Origin: Eledone cirrhosa
Lineage: Eukaryota
Reading direction: 5' to 3'
DNA length: 64,000 nt
NCBI GenBank assembly: GCA_964016885.1
Contig: OZ024758.1
Location: 18,476,001-18,540,000 of the forward strand
The notes beneath the pieces are model-generated. The model was given only the letters and a program-made list of their open reading frames with translations, was not told the DNA's origin and did no database searches. A program made the position numbers and the translations under genes. Shown here one piece after another: positions 42,890 to 59,332 of the stretch (its first letter is position 1; each line of letters starts with the position of its first letter).

Positions 42890-43140
42890 ACTGCGTCGGG
42901 GACGGCAAGGGAGACGCGCTGGAACAGCCATTCCAACCCTCGAGGCTCTCACCTAGGGCTGGCCAGCTCAGTGCCTATGGGGGTGAGTAGGTAGGTAGCC
43001 CTGGGGCTAAGGACACCAGAAGTCTCCAGTGCTAAGGGCACGACCACAAACCTGTCGGATAGCGACCGGCATTTGAAGAGTTTGGCCCCCTCAGCCCGAC
43101 GTGCCGCAAGACCTGGGTTAGTCGCAGGTAGCATCAGATT
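42890..43140 (-). mobile_element. Fragment of a CRE-like non-LTR retrotransposon (restriction-like endonuclease C-terminus)
   Basis: GC-rich island translating to AARRAEGAKLFKCRSLSDRFVVVPLALETSGVLS...IGTEL...EPRGLEWLFQRVSLAV with one stop. Fits the AE..K..KY..L....F.P.A.ET.G...WL.QR.S.A pattern. Confidence 0.75.
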
Positions 43141-43753
43141 ACGGCTGTAGAAACTACTAAAGCTAGGATATATTATAACTAACAGCAGTTACGACAATAT
43201 TTTTTTATCCCTTTCAGGTCATTAATCTCTTTGTTTTCTCTTTCAGTCATGCACTCTGTCACACTAGAGTCTCTGAGCATTGTAGAGAATCTCTCTCTAT
43301 ATATAATCATATTATTATAGGTTACGTCGATATTCGTTTTCTTTCTAGAATTTTTTTTTTCACCGTTCCACTTACATTTCACTGCGCTTAGAGATTATTG
43401 GTTTTTCTTCAGTAAATTAGGTAATTGCCTTAGGTATTATTATTAATATTATTATTATTATTTTTATTATTATTATTATTACTATTATTTTCATCATCAT
43501 CGTCAATAGACGTATTTTCTTATTGCATGCTGTCACTGTTTTGACGAACCTATATCTACGTCCCTCTGAGACGTGCAGTATTGTTTTTGATGTTTTTTTC
43601 ATTCGGATTTGGTTTGAGATTCCTCTTTGCAAGAAATGTGCAATGCCTAGTAATGCTATTTACCCTACAGTCTATATACTTATAAGTTCTTTGGCGAAAG
43701 CATCGATGCATAATACCTAATTCTTTCCATTTATATATATCTTAAGTAGCAAT

Positions 43754-43945
43754 ATAATTGTTTCTACTTTTTAGCACAAGGCCAGCAATTATCCCAGTGT
43801 ATTACTGGTACTTTATTTTATTGACCCCGAAAGGATGAAAGATAAAGTTAACCTCGGTGGGATTTGAACTCAAACTATAAAGGGCCGTAACTCTATGCTG
43901 CTAAGCATGGCGTCCGACCATTTACCGATACTGCCAACCCATCGC
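43754..43945 (-). mobile_element. SINE S1, full length
   Basis: Reverse-complement match to 523-712. Confidence 0.9.
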
Positions 43946-45422
43946 TCGATGAAAGGCAACATAATAAAATTGTCAATCATTTGAATGTGTGAACCCTCTC
44001 TGCATCCAAATTCCTATGAATAAAGGATCTAGAGGATTATGATTTTTTTATCGCACTATGTGTTCAGGTTTCTGCAACTTAGTTGAAGCATGGAGCATGA
44101 CATTCAAGAGGATTGTTAGATAAAAGGTGATAGGTTGGTTTCAGAAACGTGGCGAAATCATACCAAAACTTGTTTATTATACTTTTAATTTCTAACCGCT
44201 ACGAATTCCACCACACACTGTAAAGGTTTAATTTATACATCTCTTTATAAATCCACTTCAATTCTAGTCATGGTTCATTGAAGAGATAATGAAAAATGTT
44301 TATCTTCAGCAACTCTTTTAATAAAATCAGTTTTATTATCTCCAAAAGAACCCCCGTAAATATTTTCTTCTTTATTTTTATCCAGTTACTCTGCAACGTA
44401 TTGTAATTCTTCAATATAGTGGACATTCTTTTTCGTTTTCCCTTATCAACAATCATTTTCAAGATGTCACATTCCGAATTTGTATCAAATACAGCTTTTC
44501 CTGGCAAATTGAAGCTTCTTTCATTACAACAGCCCTCTCCATCTCCGTCTCAAAATGTTCAAAATTATTTCTTTACTGAAGTGGAACTTTCTTTTAAGCT
44601 CCATTCAAATAGTTTCTATTGACCTTTTTCTATACGCGATCAATTAAATGCATGCCATTTAAAGTGTTAAGTATCCGGCGGTTATATTTTACAGATATAT
44701 CAAGGTTCGTGTTAAATTCATTATTTAATTATCAGTTCTAAGTCGAAATGAATACAAATTTCACTAGTTAGACTATTTAAATTAATAAGGAAGAATAGTT
44801 AAACAGAAAGGAAAATGTACGGTTTGTTTACTAGTAATGGTTGGCATAACAAACGAACATATCATGCATCTTCCACAAAGCTTTGCACTTATCAGTTTAT
44901 ACAGCACCGGCGATACATGGTGGAATGGTAAATAGATCATCGACATATAGTAAAAACACCGCAAATATGGGTAAATGTCTGGCAGTCTACACACACGCAC
45001 ACACGCACGTACCCCCCCCCCCCCACGCATATATATATATATACTTTCATTACAACAGCAGAGGTCCGATGAGCATTTGATTCCCGAGACGGGCCAGATC
45101 GATAAAGATCGAACCTTGATGTGATCAACAGCGAAACGCGCATCACCAACCAATACACGTAAATTTCGAGCCTGAGTGGAAAAAGATTTTTAGCCTGAAT
45201 AGAAAAATATGAGTGTTGCCGTACATCTACGGCAACACTCATCTTTTTCCATTTCTCCGAGGGTTATAAACCCCAGTATCAGGCTAGACATTTGTTTAGT
45301 CTAAAATATGGTGAAAGCTTATAATTTCTAATTTCTGATTTCGAACTCGTGCACCGATTCAAAAACATACTTACATGTTTACGTTTATAATTTGCTTGTA
45401 TATATATATATATATATATATA

Positions 45423-46460
45423 TGGAGGAGGAGACAGACAACAGGATTACCCATGGGATCCAGCCTCTCGGGCCTGCTGGCCATCACTTACCTGAACCAG
45501 CTAGAATGCCGAGCCCTCAACACCTGCCATTCCCATGCCTTCTTCACCCGATATGTAGATGACATACTCATCCTTACATCATCCCGTGAGGAGGCAGAGA
45601 AAATAAACACAACATTCTCCAGCATGGACGCCAGTATAAAGTTCAGCATGGAACACCCCGATGACCGCGGATCCCTATCCCTGCTGGACTTCCAACTCAG
45701 GGTAACAGAGGAAGGCAACATCCACACCTGCTTCTATAAAAAATCCGCCAGCAGGGACCTGTTCGTACATTTCAGATCGGCCCTCCCACTCGGTGCCAAG
45801 TTCGGATACATAAAGAACGAACTGGCACGTATCAAGAACAAATGCACCGACGCCAGAGACCGAGACACACACACCACACATTTCCTGGAAGTACTCAAAC
45901 TGAACGGATACACGACATCCACCACAAACCGTGCCAGAAAGAACAGAGGACACCACACCCGAGGCACTAACACTTGCTTCCTGAAGCTCCCACACTTCAG
46001 TGAAGAAACAACAACAGCCATCCGCAGAGCCATCAGACGAGAGGGTCTGGATATTCAACTGGCCCATTCGGGTCCTTCTTTGCGCGGACGGCTGGCTAAG
46101 AGACACTCCACCAGACATGACAACTGCTGCAGACTAGCCAACTGCCCCATCAACGACACAGACCTATGCCACCAGGATTACGTAGTCTACAGACTAGAGT
46201 GTGACAAATACAACAACTTCTACGTAGGTAGCACCACCAGACCACTCCACATAAGAATAAAAGAACACCTCAATACTAACGCTTCCTCATTTAAGAAACA
46301 CCTAGTTAAATGCAAAAACACCGATAAAAACATAACAGTTAGGATAGAAACTAAGGAAAGAAACCTCGGCAATCTTAGAATCAAGGAAGCACTTATTATA
46401 GATAGAACACATCCACCAATCAATAATAGACTAGAGCTCAACACCCAATTTATAACCTGA
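45423..46460 (+). CDS. PLE reverse transcriptase (C-terminal half), Cys-rich linker and GIY-YIG endonuclease; 5'-truncated
   Basis: QTTGLPMGSSLS, RYVDD, LSLLD, YKKS, VVYRLEC...FYVGSTTRPLHIRIKEH, LRIKEALII...PPINNRLE, with no internal stop. The track's start at 45375 runs through flanking TA and is spurious. Confidence 0.92.
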   Translation, partial: WRRRQTTGLPMGSSLSGLLAITYLNQLECRALNTCHSHAFFTRYVDDILILTSSREEAEKINTTFSSMDASIKFSMEHPDDRGSLSLLDFQLRVTEEGNIHTCFYKKSASRDLFVHFRSALPLGAKFGYIKNELARIKNKCTDARDRDTHTTHFLEVLKLNGYTTSTTNRARKNRGHHTRGTNTCFLKLPHFSEETTTAIRRAIRREGLDIQLAHSGPSLRGRLAKRHSTRHDNCCRLANCPINDTDLCHQDYVVYRLECDKYNNFYVGSTTRPLHIRIKEHLNTNASSFKKHLVKCKNTDKNITVRIETKERNLGNLRIKEALIIDRTHPPINNRLELNTQFIT

Positions 46461-46866
46461 TAGGGCCTCTAGCCCCATTTTTACACACCCCACACACACG
46501 CACGCGCACACCTCCACTTATTCTCTCTCACACATACACACACAAAACCAGTTCTAACACCAGATAACACCTACCCCCCACTTTTACGATTAGACCTATC
46601 TTTCCACACTCACACACACACACACACACACATACCTACACCTTCATGCATTCTCCCACACACATATACAGGCACGCATTTAAAATTTAAAAAAACAATA
46701 CAAAAACAAAAACAAAACATAAACAAACCCCTCTTAAAGGGAGACTACTCTTTATCCACCTAATTTTAATTCTTTGATATTAAAGTTAGAACAGATACTC
46801 TATACTATTTCCGGTCAGCATGGCTTCATTAGAGATTTAAAGACGCTGGTCTGAGACATTTACTTC

Positions 46867-46901
46867 CCTCCGAAGAAGAGATATTATCTCGAAAATTAAG
46901 G
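46867..46901 (+). ncRNA. Minimal hammerhead-like motif (CCGAAGA core) in PLE 3' UTR
   Basis: cct-CCGAAGA-a-gagat(att)atctc-GAA-aatt-a-agg. U4C variant with a 3-bp stem I. Confidence 0.55.
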
Positions 46902-47159
46902 ACATTTAAATAAATTCAAGGTGAAAGACGAATTCACATCAATATCTTTCACTATTGCATTCATTTTTCTATGTCCATATCTGCATTGTCTTGGCCTTAT
47001 TACACATATTCTAACGTATATATATATATAATATATAAGAACAAAAGATGGTTAAAGGAATTCCATATATTTTATTATGCGCAGTCCTACAAACTGTAGA
47101 GTGTTTCTTATCCGATATCTGCATTTCTTCATTGTACTACAATAAAACTCACCTCCTAC

Positions 47160-47195
<36 letters not shown>

Positions 47196-47564
47196 TACAG
47201 TTTATTTCATAGTATACGCAGTGTTGAGCGAAAGTATACAATATACAATTCATTATTTTGACAGAGAATACATGAATGAAGTCATCTGTTCAGTTAATTC
47301 GTAGAAAGTGTTTGGTCAATGAACTCTTTGTCTATCCAGTTATTGAGGATGGAAGGAAAAGAGCAATTATTCTGCCGATAATGAAGCATGTAAATACAAT
47401 ATGTAATGTTTCTCTGTTGTTATATATACAAAGACAAGGCATTTAACAACGACGGCACTGAACATCAATTATAACTAGATGAAACATAGAATTCAAATAC
47501 CGCCTGAGGTTTGCAGAAACATCCCATATATATACACACATATATACGTATATATACATATGGG

Positions 47565-47595
<31 letters not shown>

Positions 47596-47806
47596 ACTTA
47601 TATATATATTAAGCATAATTCCGGCTCGTTGACTGACTTCTGTGGGTCATTAATATTTTGAGTTTAATGTAATCGTAACATTAGTGATCAACAAAAGACA
47701 CCCGATGAGCGGAAAAATCGTCCTTTGTGTGTTTCTCTAACGCCTTCTAACTAAATTTTGTTGGTAACCACAAAACCCCCTTCACACTTTTTTAGTTCAC
47801 ACACAC

Positions 47807-47859
<53 letters not shown>

Positions 47860-47977
47860 TGTCGATTGAGAGAGAGACAATGCCGTGTGGATTCTGGTAA
47901 CGAGTGTTAGAACGTAGGGGGACACAAACAAGAGATGGACATTCCCTTCATCAGTTGTCTACATATATATATATTAT

Positions 47978-48009
<32 letters not shown>

Positions 48010-48029
48010 TATATAGATATATATATTTA

Positions 48030-48090
48030 ATGTGTACAGAATTAGCCGTCGAAACGGCTTGAGCTCACACGTCGGGGTCCTACTCGTTCC

Positions 48091-48092
<2 letters not shown>
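48030..48092 (+). mobile_element. Family C short arm only
   Basis: gtacagaattagccgtcgaaacggcttgagctca..cgtcggggtc...ttcctata. Confidence 0.75.
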
Positions 48093-48169
<77 letters not shown>

Positions 48170-48173
<4 letters not shown>

Positions 48174-48550
48174 ACTCTGGATATCGGTGAGCATGTCCAG
48201 CTAACCTCTGTCTCCTCTGTGTCACTTTTCAGCTGACTTTTGGGATGCTCCCATACAGCTCTGAGTTTTTCATCCTCAGTGTATACTGATTAATGTTCAG
48301 AGCCATCCTCAGCATTCTCGTGTAGCACCCATCCACCATCTGAGTGAGTTTCTTGGTCAGTGTCCAAGTCTCATACACTTTGGGAGCCCCTACATGGACA
48401 CAGTGGAAGAGGAAGACCAAGGTTGACGTATGTTGATGCCCTAAGGTCAGACACTGATTTGTTGGAGACACAGGACATGGAAGCGATAATGAGGGACAAA
48501 GACCGCTGGAGAGAACCCGTCCATGGATTTCGGGAATTTTACCCGCCTTA

Positions 48551-48552
<2 letters not shown>
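48170..48552 (+). mobile_element. RTE-like LINE 3' fragment with an inverted 5' part
   Basis: Minus 48170-48377 encodes YETWTLTKK...DGCYTRMLRMALN...[15 protein letters not shown]. Plus 48378-48550 encodes LWEPLHGHSGRGRPRLTYVDAL...RWRE. TA flanks. Confidence 0.85.
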
Positions 48553-48648
<96 letters not shown>

Positions 48649-48969
48649 CGTGTGTGTGTGCGTGTGTGTGTATGTGTGTATATGTGTTTGTGTGTGCTTG
48701 TGTATGCAAAGATTGAAACTTCAAAGCAATATATTTCTAAATATTTTGTAATAACCCCAGGAAGCACCACCCGGAGACAACAAAGTAATGTCAGCTGAGT
48801 ATACTAGAACTCTAAAATGAAGAGTACGCCAGATCAGAATTTCTGGATTTTGTCCGTTGTCAGTGATTCACTCCATGCTGAAACATGTATAGGTTATAGC
48901 GTATGTACATTGTTACAAACATAGCTGTGCTATGTTGACAACATAAAACATTCATAGCGAAACATATGT

Positions 48970-49180
48970 ATGTCAGAATCGGTAGGGCATCAGACACCAT
49001 GCGTTGCTGTATATAATTACGGTCCTTTACGGTGTCAGTTCAAATCCTGCCGAGGTTAGCTTTAGCTTTAATCATTAGGGTGTTGAGAAAATAAAGAAAC
49101 AGTAATGCACTGAAATCGATTTAATTAACTACCCCTCTCCCAAAATTGCTGGTCTTGTGCCTAAATTAGAAACCATTAGA
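48970..49180 (+). mobile_element. SINE S1 (diverged)
   Basis: gtcagaatcggtagggcatcagac...gttcaaatcctgccgagg...cttgtgcctaaattagaaacc. Confidence 0.8.
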
Positions 49181-49322
49181 AACATACATAAACATATCCA
49201 ATATAAAAATATATGCAGCAGGAGAAATTTCAATCCGATCAAGAATTATGTATTTTTATTATATATAAACGTAGTATATATTCATTCAAATAAACCTCTA
49301 ATATGAATCACCATATATATAT

Positions 49323-49525
49323 AACAAAGGAAATGTGGTAAGGAACCAGATGGACCACAACGCACCAGAGTACTCAATACTTAGGTGCGTTGTGGTCCAT
49401 CTGGAAATGGGAAAACAGTATGACCCCGACGGCAGAGCTCAAGCCGTTTCGACGGCTATTTATGGAGTCCAGAAATAGCCGTCGAAATGGCCTGAGCTCT
49501 GCCGTCGGGGTCATACTTTTTCCTA
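49323..49525 (-). mobile_element. Family C copy with two fold-backs
   Basis: Inverted pairs 49347-49365/49384-49404 and 49410-49461/49472-49523. Confidence 0.8.
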
Positions 49526-49586
49526 TATATATATATATATATATGGAATACTGTTGGCTCTTGCTACAATATTTTCTATACCTTTC

Positions 49587-49620
<34 letters not shown>

Positions 49621-49734
49621 ACACACATATCTATCTATCTATCTATCTCTATCTATCTCTATCTCTCTACATATATACACAAACAGACGTACATATCTAT
49701 CTATCTATATATATATATATATATGTCTGTCTAC

Positions 49735-49830
<96 letters not shown>

Positions 49831-50613
49831 ACAACACATGTGTGTGTGTGTGCGTGAGTGTGTGTGTGTATGTATGTATAAGGAGAGACGAACAAATATA
49901 TACGGAATAGTGAAACTTCAGTGAATATATTGCACGACTCTAAAGTAACCTCAGTCAGTATTTCTACCTCTCTACGAACACACAGACAATCCCCTGCATA
50001 GAAACATATTTGTAAATGCCCGATAAATATACACTATTATGCAGACAAACTCCTTATCGTTATTCTATATAGGTAATCAGAAACACACACTACGCATACT
50101 TATACATATATCAGCATACTAACATTTTAAATTACACTCACACTTTAGCAGGCCCGAACACATTAAAGCATGCCAATGCACTGAAAGAAGCAGTCACTAG
50201 GCTAGACTAAACGGGAAAGTGTAAATCCCTCTACTATCTACACATATATAAAAAAGCTGTATTATTACAGCTCCCTGATTGGTTTGTTTACGTAGTGCAT
50301 CGCACAGGTTCCTTTACGTAACAGGTAAACGTATCTAAATGCACTCAGTTTCCGATAATTGATATATTACTATATTTTTGATCGTTCTAATACAAAACAC
50401 ACTTATGACCAGCTAACTGTAGAATAAGCTATCCATTTAATGCTACTTTTGGTATAATGTTATATTGGTTTTCACTACATAATCAGTGTATCGCATGCCT
50501 TTTCATCCACCTGGCTAGGGCATCAAAATGCCCAGGGACTGAGCCTAGACACTTAGTGCCTTATGCGATATTTATAATGTACTCATATTAGGCCAATCCA
50601 ACAATATATACAT

Positions 50614-50710
<97 letters not shown>

Positions 50711-50720
50711 GAGAGAAAAA

Positions 50721-50777
<57 letters not shown>

Positions 50778-51012
50778 ATTTGACGTGACTAGCATTGGTC
50801 TCGCTGCTAGCAACGGTTGCATCTCAGCGTACTCATAAGGTAGTGTTAAGTAAACTTCCAGAATAGACACATGGTTATTCGCTCTATCACAACACGCGTA
50901 AATGGGTATTTTCACTATACCCGAACTCTAGTTTCTGCCGCACTTATGCCTCAATAGAATGCACAGCATCCACTGTCTGCATTTATCATACAACAATGCA
51001 CATTCGGCGTAT

Positions 51013-51176
51013 AGTTATAGAACACTGAGGGGTTATATCCGTAGTGAGTAGAGTACTCAGTCCATGGGGTTATTTCGGTATAACGTTAGTTCAGCAAGAG
51101 TCAGTAAACCATTTTGTGTTGAAAATCCACAAGCTGAAGGTGTCCTCGAAAATGGTATGCTAACTGTGGTGGAACT

Positions 51177-51181
<5 letters not shown>
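51013..51181 (-). mobile_element. Family E degenerate copy
   Basis: gtagagtactcagtccatggg...gttagttca and a tatgctaactgtggtggaacta short arm. Confidence 0.65.
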
Positions 51182-51212
<31 letters not shown>

Positions 51213-51217
<5 letters not shown>

Positions 51218-51406
51218 AGTAAGTAAGACCCCGACGGCTGAGCTCAAGCCGTTTCGACGGCTAATTCTGTACAGAATTAGCCGTCGAAACGGCTTGAGCT
51301 TAGCCGTCGGGGACTTACTTACTCCTATTACCCACTCTACTACCCTGGGTATTGAGTACTTTGGTGCGTTATGGTCCACCTGGTTCCTTACCACTTTTCC
51401 CTCGCT
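51213..51406 (+). mobile_element. Family C asymmetric palindrome
   Basis: Near-perfect fold-back centred on gtac at 51269-51272. The long arm is on plus. Confidence 0.85.
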
Positions 51407-51432
51407 ATATATATTTATATATATATATATAT

Positions 51433-51570
51433 GAACAATTCGGGACCCCGACGACTGAGGTCCGGTCGTTTCAACCGGTAGATCCGAACTGCTATTACCC
51501 ACGCGACTACAACAAGTATCGAGTACTGTGATGAATCAGTGTCTAACTGGCTTTTACCGCCTCCATTCTG
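51433..51570. mobile_element. Diverged family C relative
   Basis: gaccccgacgactgaggtccggtcgtttc, then ctattacccacgcgactac...tatcgagtact. Confidence 0.65.
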
Positions 51571-51594
51571 ATGTATATATATATATATATATAT

Positions 51595-52018
<424 letters not shown>

Positions 52019-52539
52019 TCCTCACTAAAAATAATTTAAATATACCGTCTGTTAAGCTGGTAAATATTGTTTTTGATATTTCATGCTCAGGCCAAAGTAC
52101 GGCAACAGTACTCGAACGCACTCATACGCAAAAACCTGCTGAAGTTCATGAGAATATTCAGATATTTCCACCCCTAAATGTATTCTCAGAACACTGTTAC
52201 GCGACGAAGATATTGCATGTTTTATTTGACTATCCAAATTTGTTCGAACCCGATCCTTTAATACGAGGTTATAACGCTTATGCCCTAGGCTGATGCGTAG
52301 AATGCCTAAAGATATTAACAGCCCTATCTTCAGCGGTTTATTCAATACAGTTTTATACATACAGAGAATGGATTGTAGATTGTTTCTTATCTTTCTTCTA
52401 TACTAACTATTTCTAACTGAATTGTTCGATTAGAAATTGATTATCTATTATTAAATTATTTTGTTTTCTTCGTCATCTATGTATATGTCTATCTATATAT
52501 TTCTCTAATTAACTTGCTCAACCTGTACTCCCAAAATAT

Positions 52540-52630
<91 letters not shown>

Positions 52631-52633
52631 GTG

Positions 52634-52710
<77 letters not shown>

Positions 52711-52859
52711 TACACACATACACACTTACTATATACACGCCCGCACAAAAACACACCCATATATAGAGATATATATACTTATATACATATTACATACATA
52801 CAAAATATACATATATATTTATTTTGACACATATGTATACGTACTTATATGTCTATATA

Positions 52860-52905
<46 letters not shown>

Positions 52906-52906
52906 A

Positions 52907-52940
<34 letters not shown>

Positions 52941-52949
52941 GTATACATA

Positions 52950-53009
<60 letters not shown>

Positions 53010-53261
53010 TATGTGTTTGTGTGTGAGCGTTTGCACGTGTGTCGATAAAGGTATGCACACGTTCGCACGCAGTAAAAAGCCGCGTAATCAAGAACCTATT
53101 TACCAACATCTACGTATGTGAAACTACATCACTACATGTCTATTTATACTTTTAATAAACTTCCGTCTCGTATACCATGTATGTCTGAAAGTACATGTAC
53201 AGTCTAATAATAATTTCACACGCACACAGCAGACAAGATGTAGACATGTGTAAGTTAATAA

Positions 53262-53326
<65 letters not shown>

Positions 53327-53386
53327 AACTAACCAACTCTCTCTATATATATATTTACGTATATATACATATATACATATATATAC

Positions 53387-53446
<60 letters not shown>

Positions 53447-53472
53447 ATATATATATATATACATATATATAT

Positions 53473-53557
<85 letters not shown>

Positions 53558-53558
53558 C

Positions 53559-53589
<31 letters not shown>

Positions 53590-53618
53590 ATCTAACAATC
53601 TCTCTTTCTCCTCCCTCT

Positions 53619-53656
<38 letters not shown>

Positions 53657-53792
53657 ATCTCTATTTGAAATTGCCTTTAACGATACCTCGTTATCATAAA
53701 TATATATCTATATCTATATATATTTAGAGAGAGAGAGAGAGAGACAGAGATAGAGAGAGGGAGGGAGAGAGAAAGAGAGAGTGAGAGAGAGA

Positions 53793-53878
<86 letters not shown>

Positions 53879-53936
53879 TAAACTATTGATCAATTTAATG
53901 TGTTTGCATGGTGTGAATGTAAGACATATAATCACG

Positions 53937-54033
<97 letters not shown>

Positions 54034-54601
54034 GTGTGTGTGTGTGTGTGTGTCGATGTATGTATGTGTGTCGCTTCGTATTTATATATACATATATATA
54101 TATATATATGCTTGTGAGTGTGTAAGTGTGTAAACTTATGTGCCAATACATCGATATTTATATTAAGTTGGTGGTGGTGTGCAGCAGTACTGGGTGACAT
54201 CTAGAGCACGTGTCTTCTACTATAGCCTCTGGTTTAAAGTATTTCGGCAGTGCCTGTATATATGTCAGTGTGAACATATCTATCTGTGTGAACATATCTA
54301 TCTGTATGTCTATATTTGTGATTATTTCTGCCCTGAGCAATTCGCCAAACTGAGAATGACGAAGGAAAACATTAAAATATATATATACTAATGATACGAG
54401 GATTAAATTTGTCATTTAACTTGATGGCCTCGCTAGCAGGAATAGCTTCACCATCCACCGGGGAAATACCTCCTGTATCGTAACAGCCTGGGCCGTGTGT
54501 TTGCCCCCATTTACTCACAATAGTGAGAGATGAGGAGAGCGGGAGAGCCGGAGGCAGTGAAAGTGGGAGTTTGGTTCATTTATGTTCGGACCTGGTGTAT
54601 C

Positions 54602-54860
<259 letters not shown>

Positions 54861-54965
54861 AATAAATATGGTATTTATAGGTCTCTACAAGTGGTAGGAG
54901 AGGGTGGGGTGTGGGATGGGTGCAGGTCATTGGTTGATAGAAAAGGGAATTCATTAAAAGCTAAT

Positions 54966-55011
54966 TCTACAAAGCTATAGTTAATTTATAAATTAACTAT
55001 AGCTTTGTAGA
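54966..55011. repeat. Perfect 46-bp palindrome
   Basis: tctacaaagctatagttaatttataaattaactatagctttgtaga is its own reverse complement. Confidence 0.95.
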
Positions 55012-55092
55012 TATAGCTGGTCGCCAGAGAAACGATTGTAATATGTCTAATAAATTTTAATCGTCGCACCACTCATTCTCCGTTTCTTATGT

Positions 55093-58083
<2,991 letters not shown>

Positions 58084-58229
58084 TAAAGAAAAACAGATGA
58101 AATCGAAAATGCAACTGGCGTCTTATTTATTTAAAAAATATATATATTTATTTGGTACATTTACCGGTTTCGCAGTACTTCTGCTTTTCAAAAGTAGAGT
58201 TGAGATGGAGGGTCTATGGTTTTTCTCAT
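58084..58229 (-). mobile_element. Family G single arm with U3-A8 HHR core
   Basis: Minus strand ttgaaaa-gcag-aagta-ctgc-gaa-accggt-a. Stem I is weakened. Confidence 0.8.
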
Positions 58230-58261
58230 ATGTATATATATATACATATATATATACATAT

Positions 58262-58303
<42 letters not shown>

Positions 58304-58330
58304 GTATATATATATATATACATATATATA

Positions 58331-58451
58331 GTGAAGGCGTCTGGCTGAGTGGTTAGAGAATTGGATTCGCACTCGTAAGGTTGTGAGTTCGATTCCTGGA
58401 CCATGCGATGAGTTATGTCCTTGAGCAAGACACTTTATTTCACGTTGCTCC
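58331..58451 (+). mobile_element. tRNA-derived SINE S2
   Basis: tggctgagtggttaga, gagttcgattcc, gtccttgagcaagacactttatttcacgttgctcc. Confidence 0.85.
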
Positions 58452-58642
58452 TTCTACCTGTATGTTGCGACCGATATATAGTATTAGCAATTGGAAATAC
58501 CAACGGAAACATTGTTCCCACGGTCCGATTTGACGAAAGTCGATCGTTCCTTTTTTTTAATATATATATACATATGTGTATATATATATACACATATACA
58601 TATGTATATATATATATATATATACACATATGTATACATATG

Positions 58643-58685
<43 letters not shown>

Positions 58686-58688
58686 ATT

Positions 58689-58719
<31 letters not shown>

Positions 58720-58744
58720 ATATTTATACATATATATATATACC

Positions 58745-58790
<46 letters not shown>

Positions 58791-58880
58791 CACACATATA
58801 TATATCCTTTAACCATCTTTTGATCTTATATATATGTATACTGAGTTTACTACAATAACATGCTAGAGAAACTCACCTCC

Positions 58881-58952
<72 letters not shown>

Positions 58953-58958
58953 CACACA

Positions 58959-58990
<32 letters not shown>

Positions 58991-59332
58991 ATATATGTTT
59001 CACAGACAACGAACATCGTATTTTTCTTAACATCAACCAAAGCACTGAAACCACTTGAAGGCCTTGCTTCGTTGTAGTTAAATTCCTGAAAACTATCAAA
59101 ATAATTCACCTAATATTGATTTGTACTTCAGGCATGAACTCTAAACAATGTGTGGTAGGGGAAAAGTTGGTCAAGTCACCACAAATGCTGCATTGGTACA
59201 TTCTCATTCCTGAGATTCGAACGTAAAACTCCAGTGCCAATACCGTAAAGGTATTTTATCTAACGCTTGAGTAATTTCGACTGTCCACCTCACGGAATGC
59301 ACCAAATATCAATATATCTGTGTATAAACGAA

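Larger units (their letters stand above)
45423..47017 (+). mobile_element. 5'-truncated Penelope-like retroelement in (TA)n
   Basis: RT and GIY-YIG ORF plus a ~550-bp 3' UTR with an HHR-like motif. (TA)n at both ends. Confidence 0.92.

Noticed and set aside
47915-47962. Minus-strand ctgatgaaggg as a hammerhead
   Set aside because: No GAAA box after the putative stem II.
58331-58405. tRNA gene (also the heads of the S1 copies)
   Set aside because: The A and B boxes continue into a SINE body and there is no proper acceptor stem.
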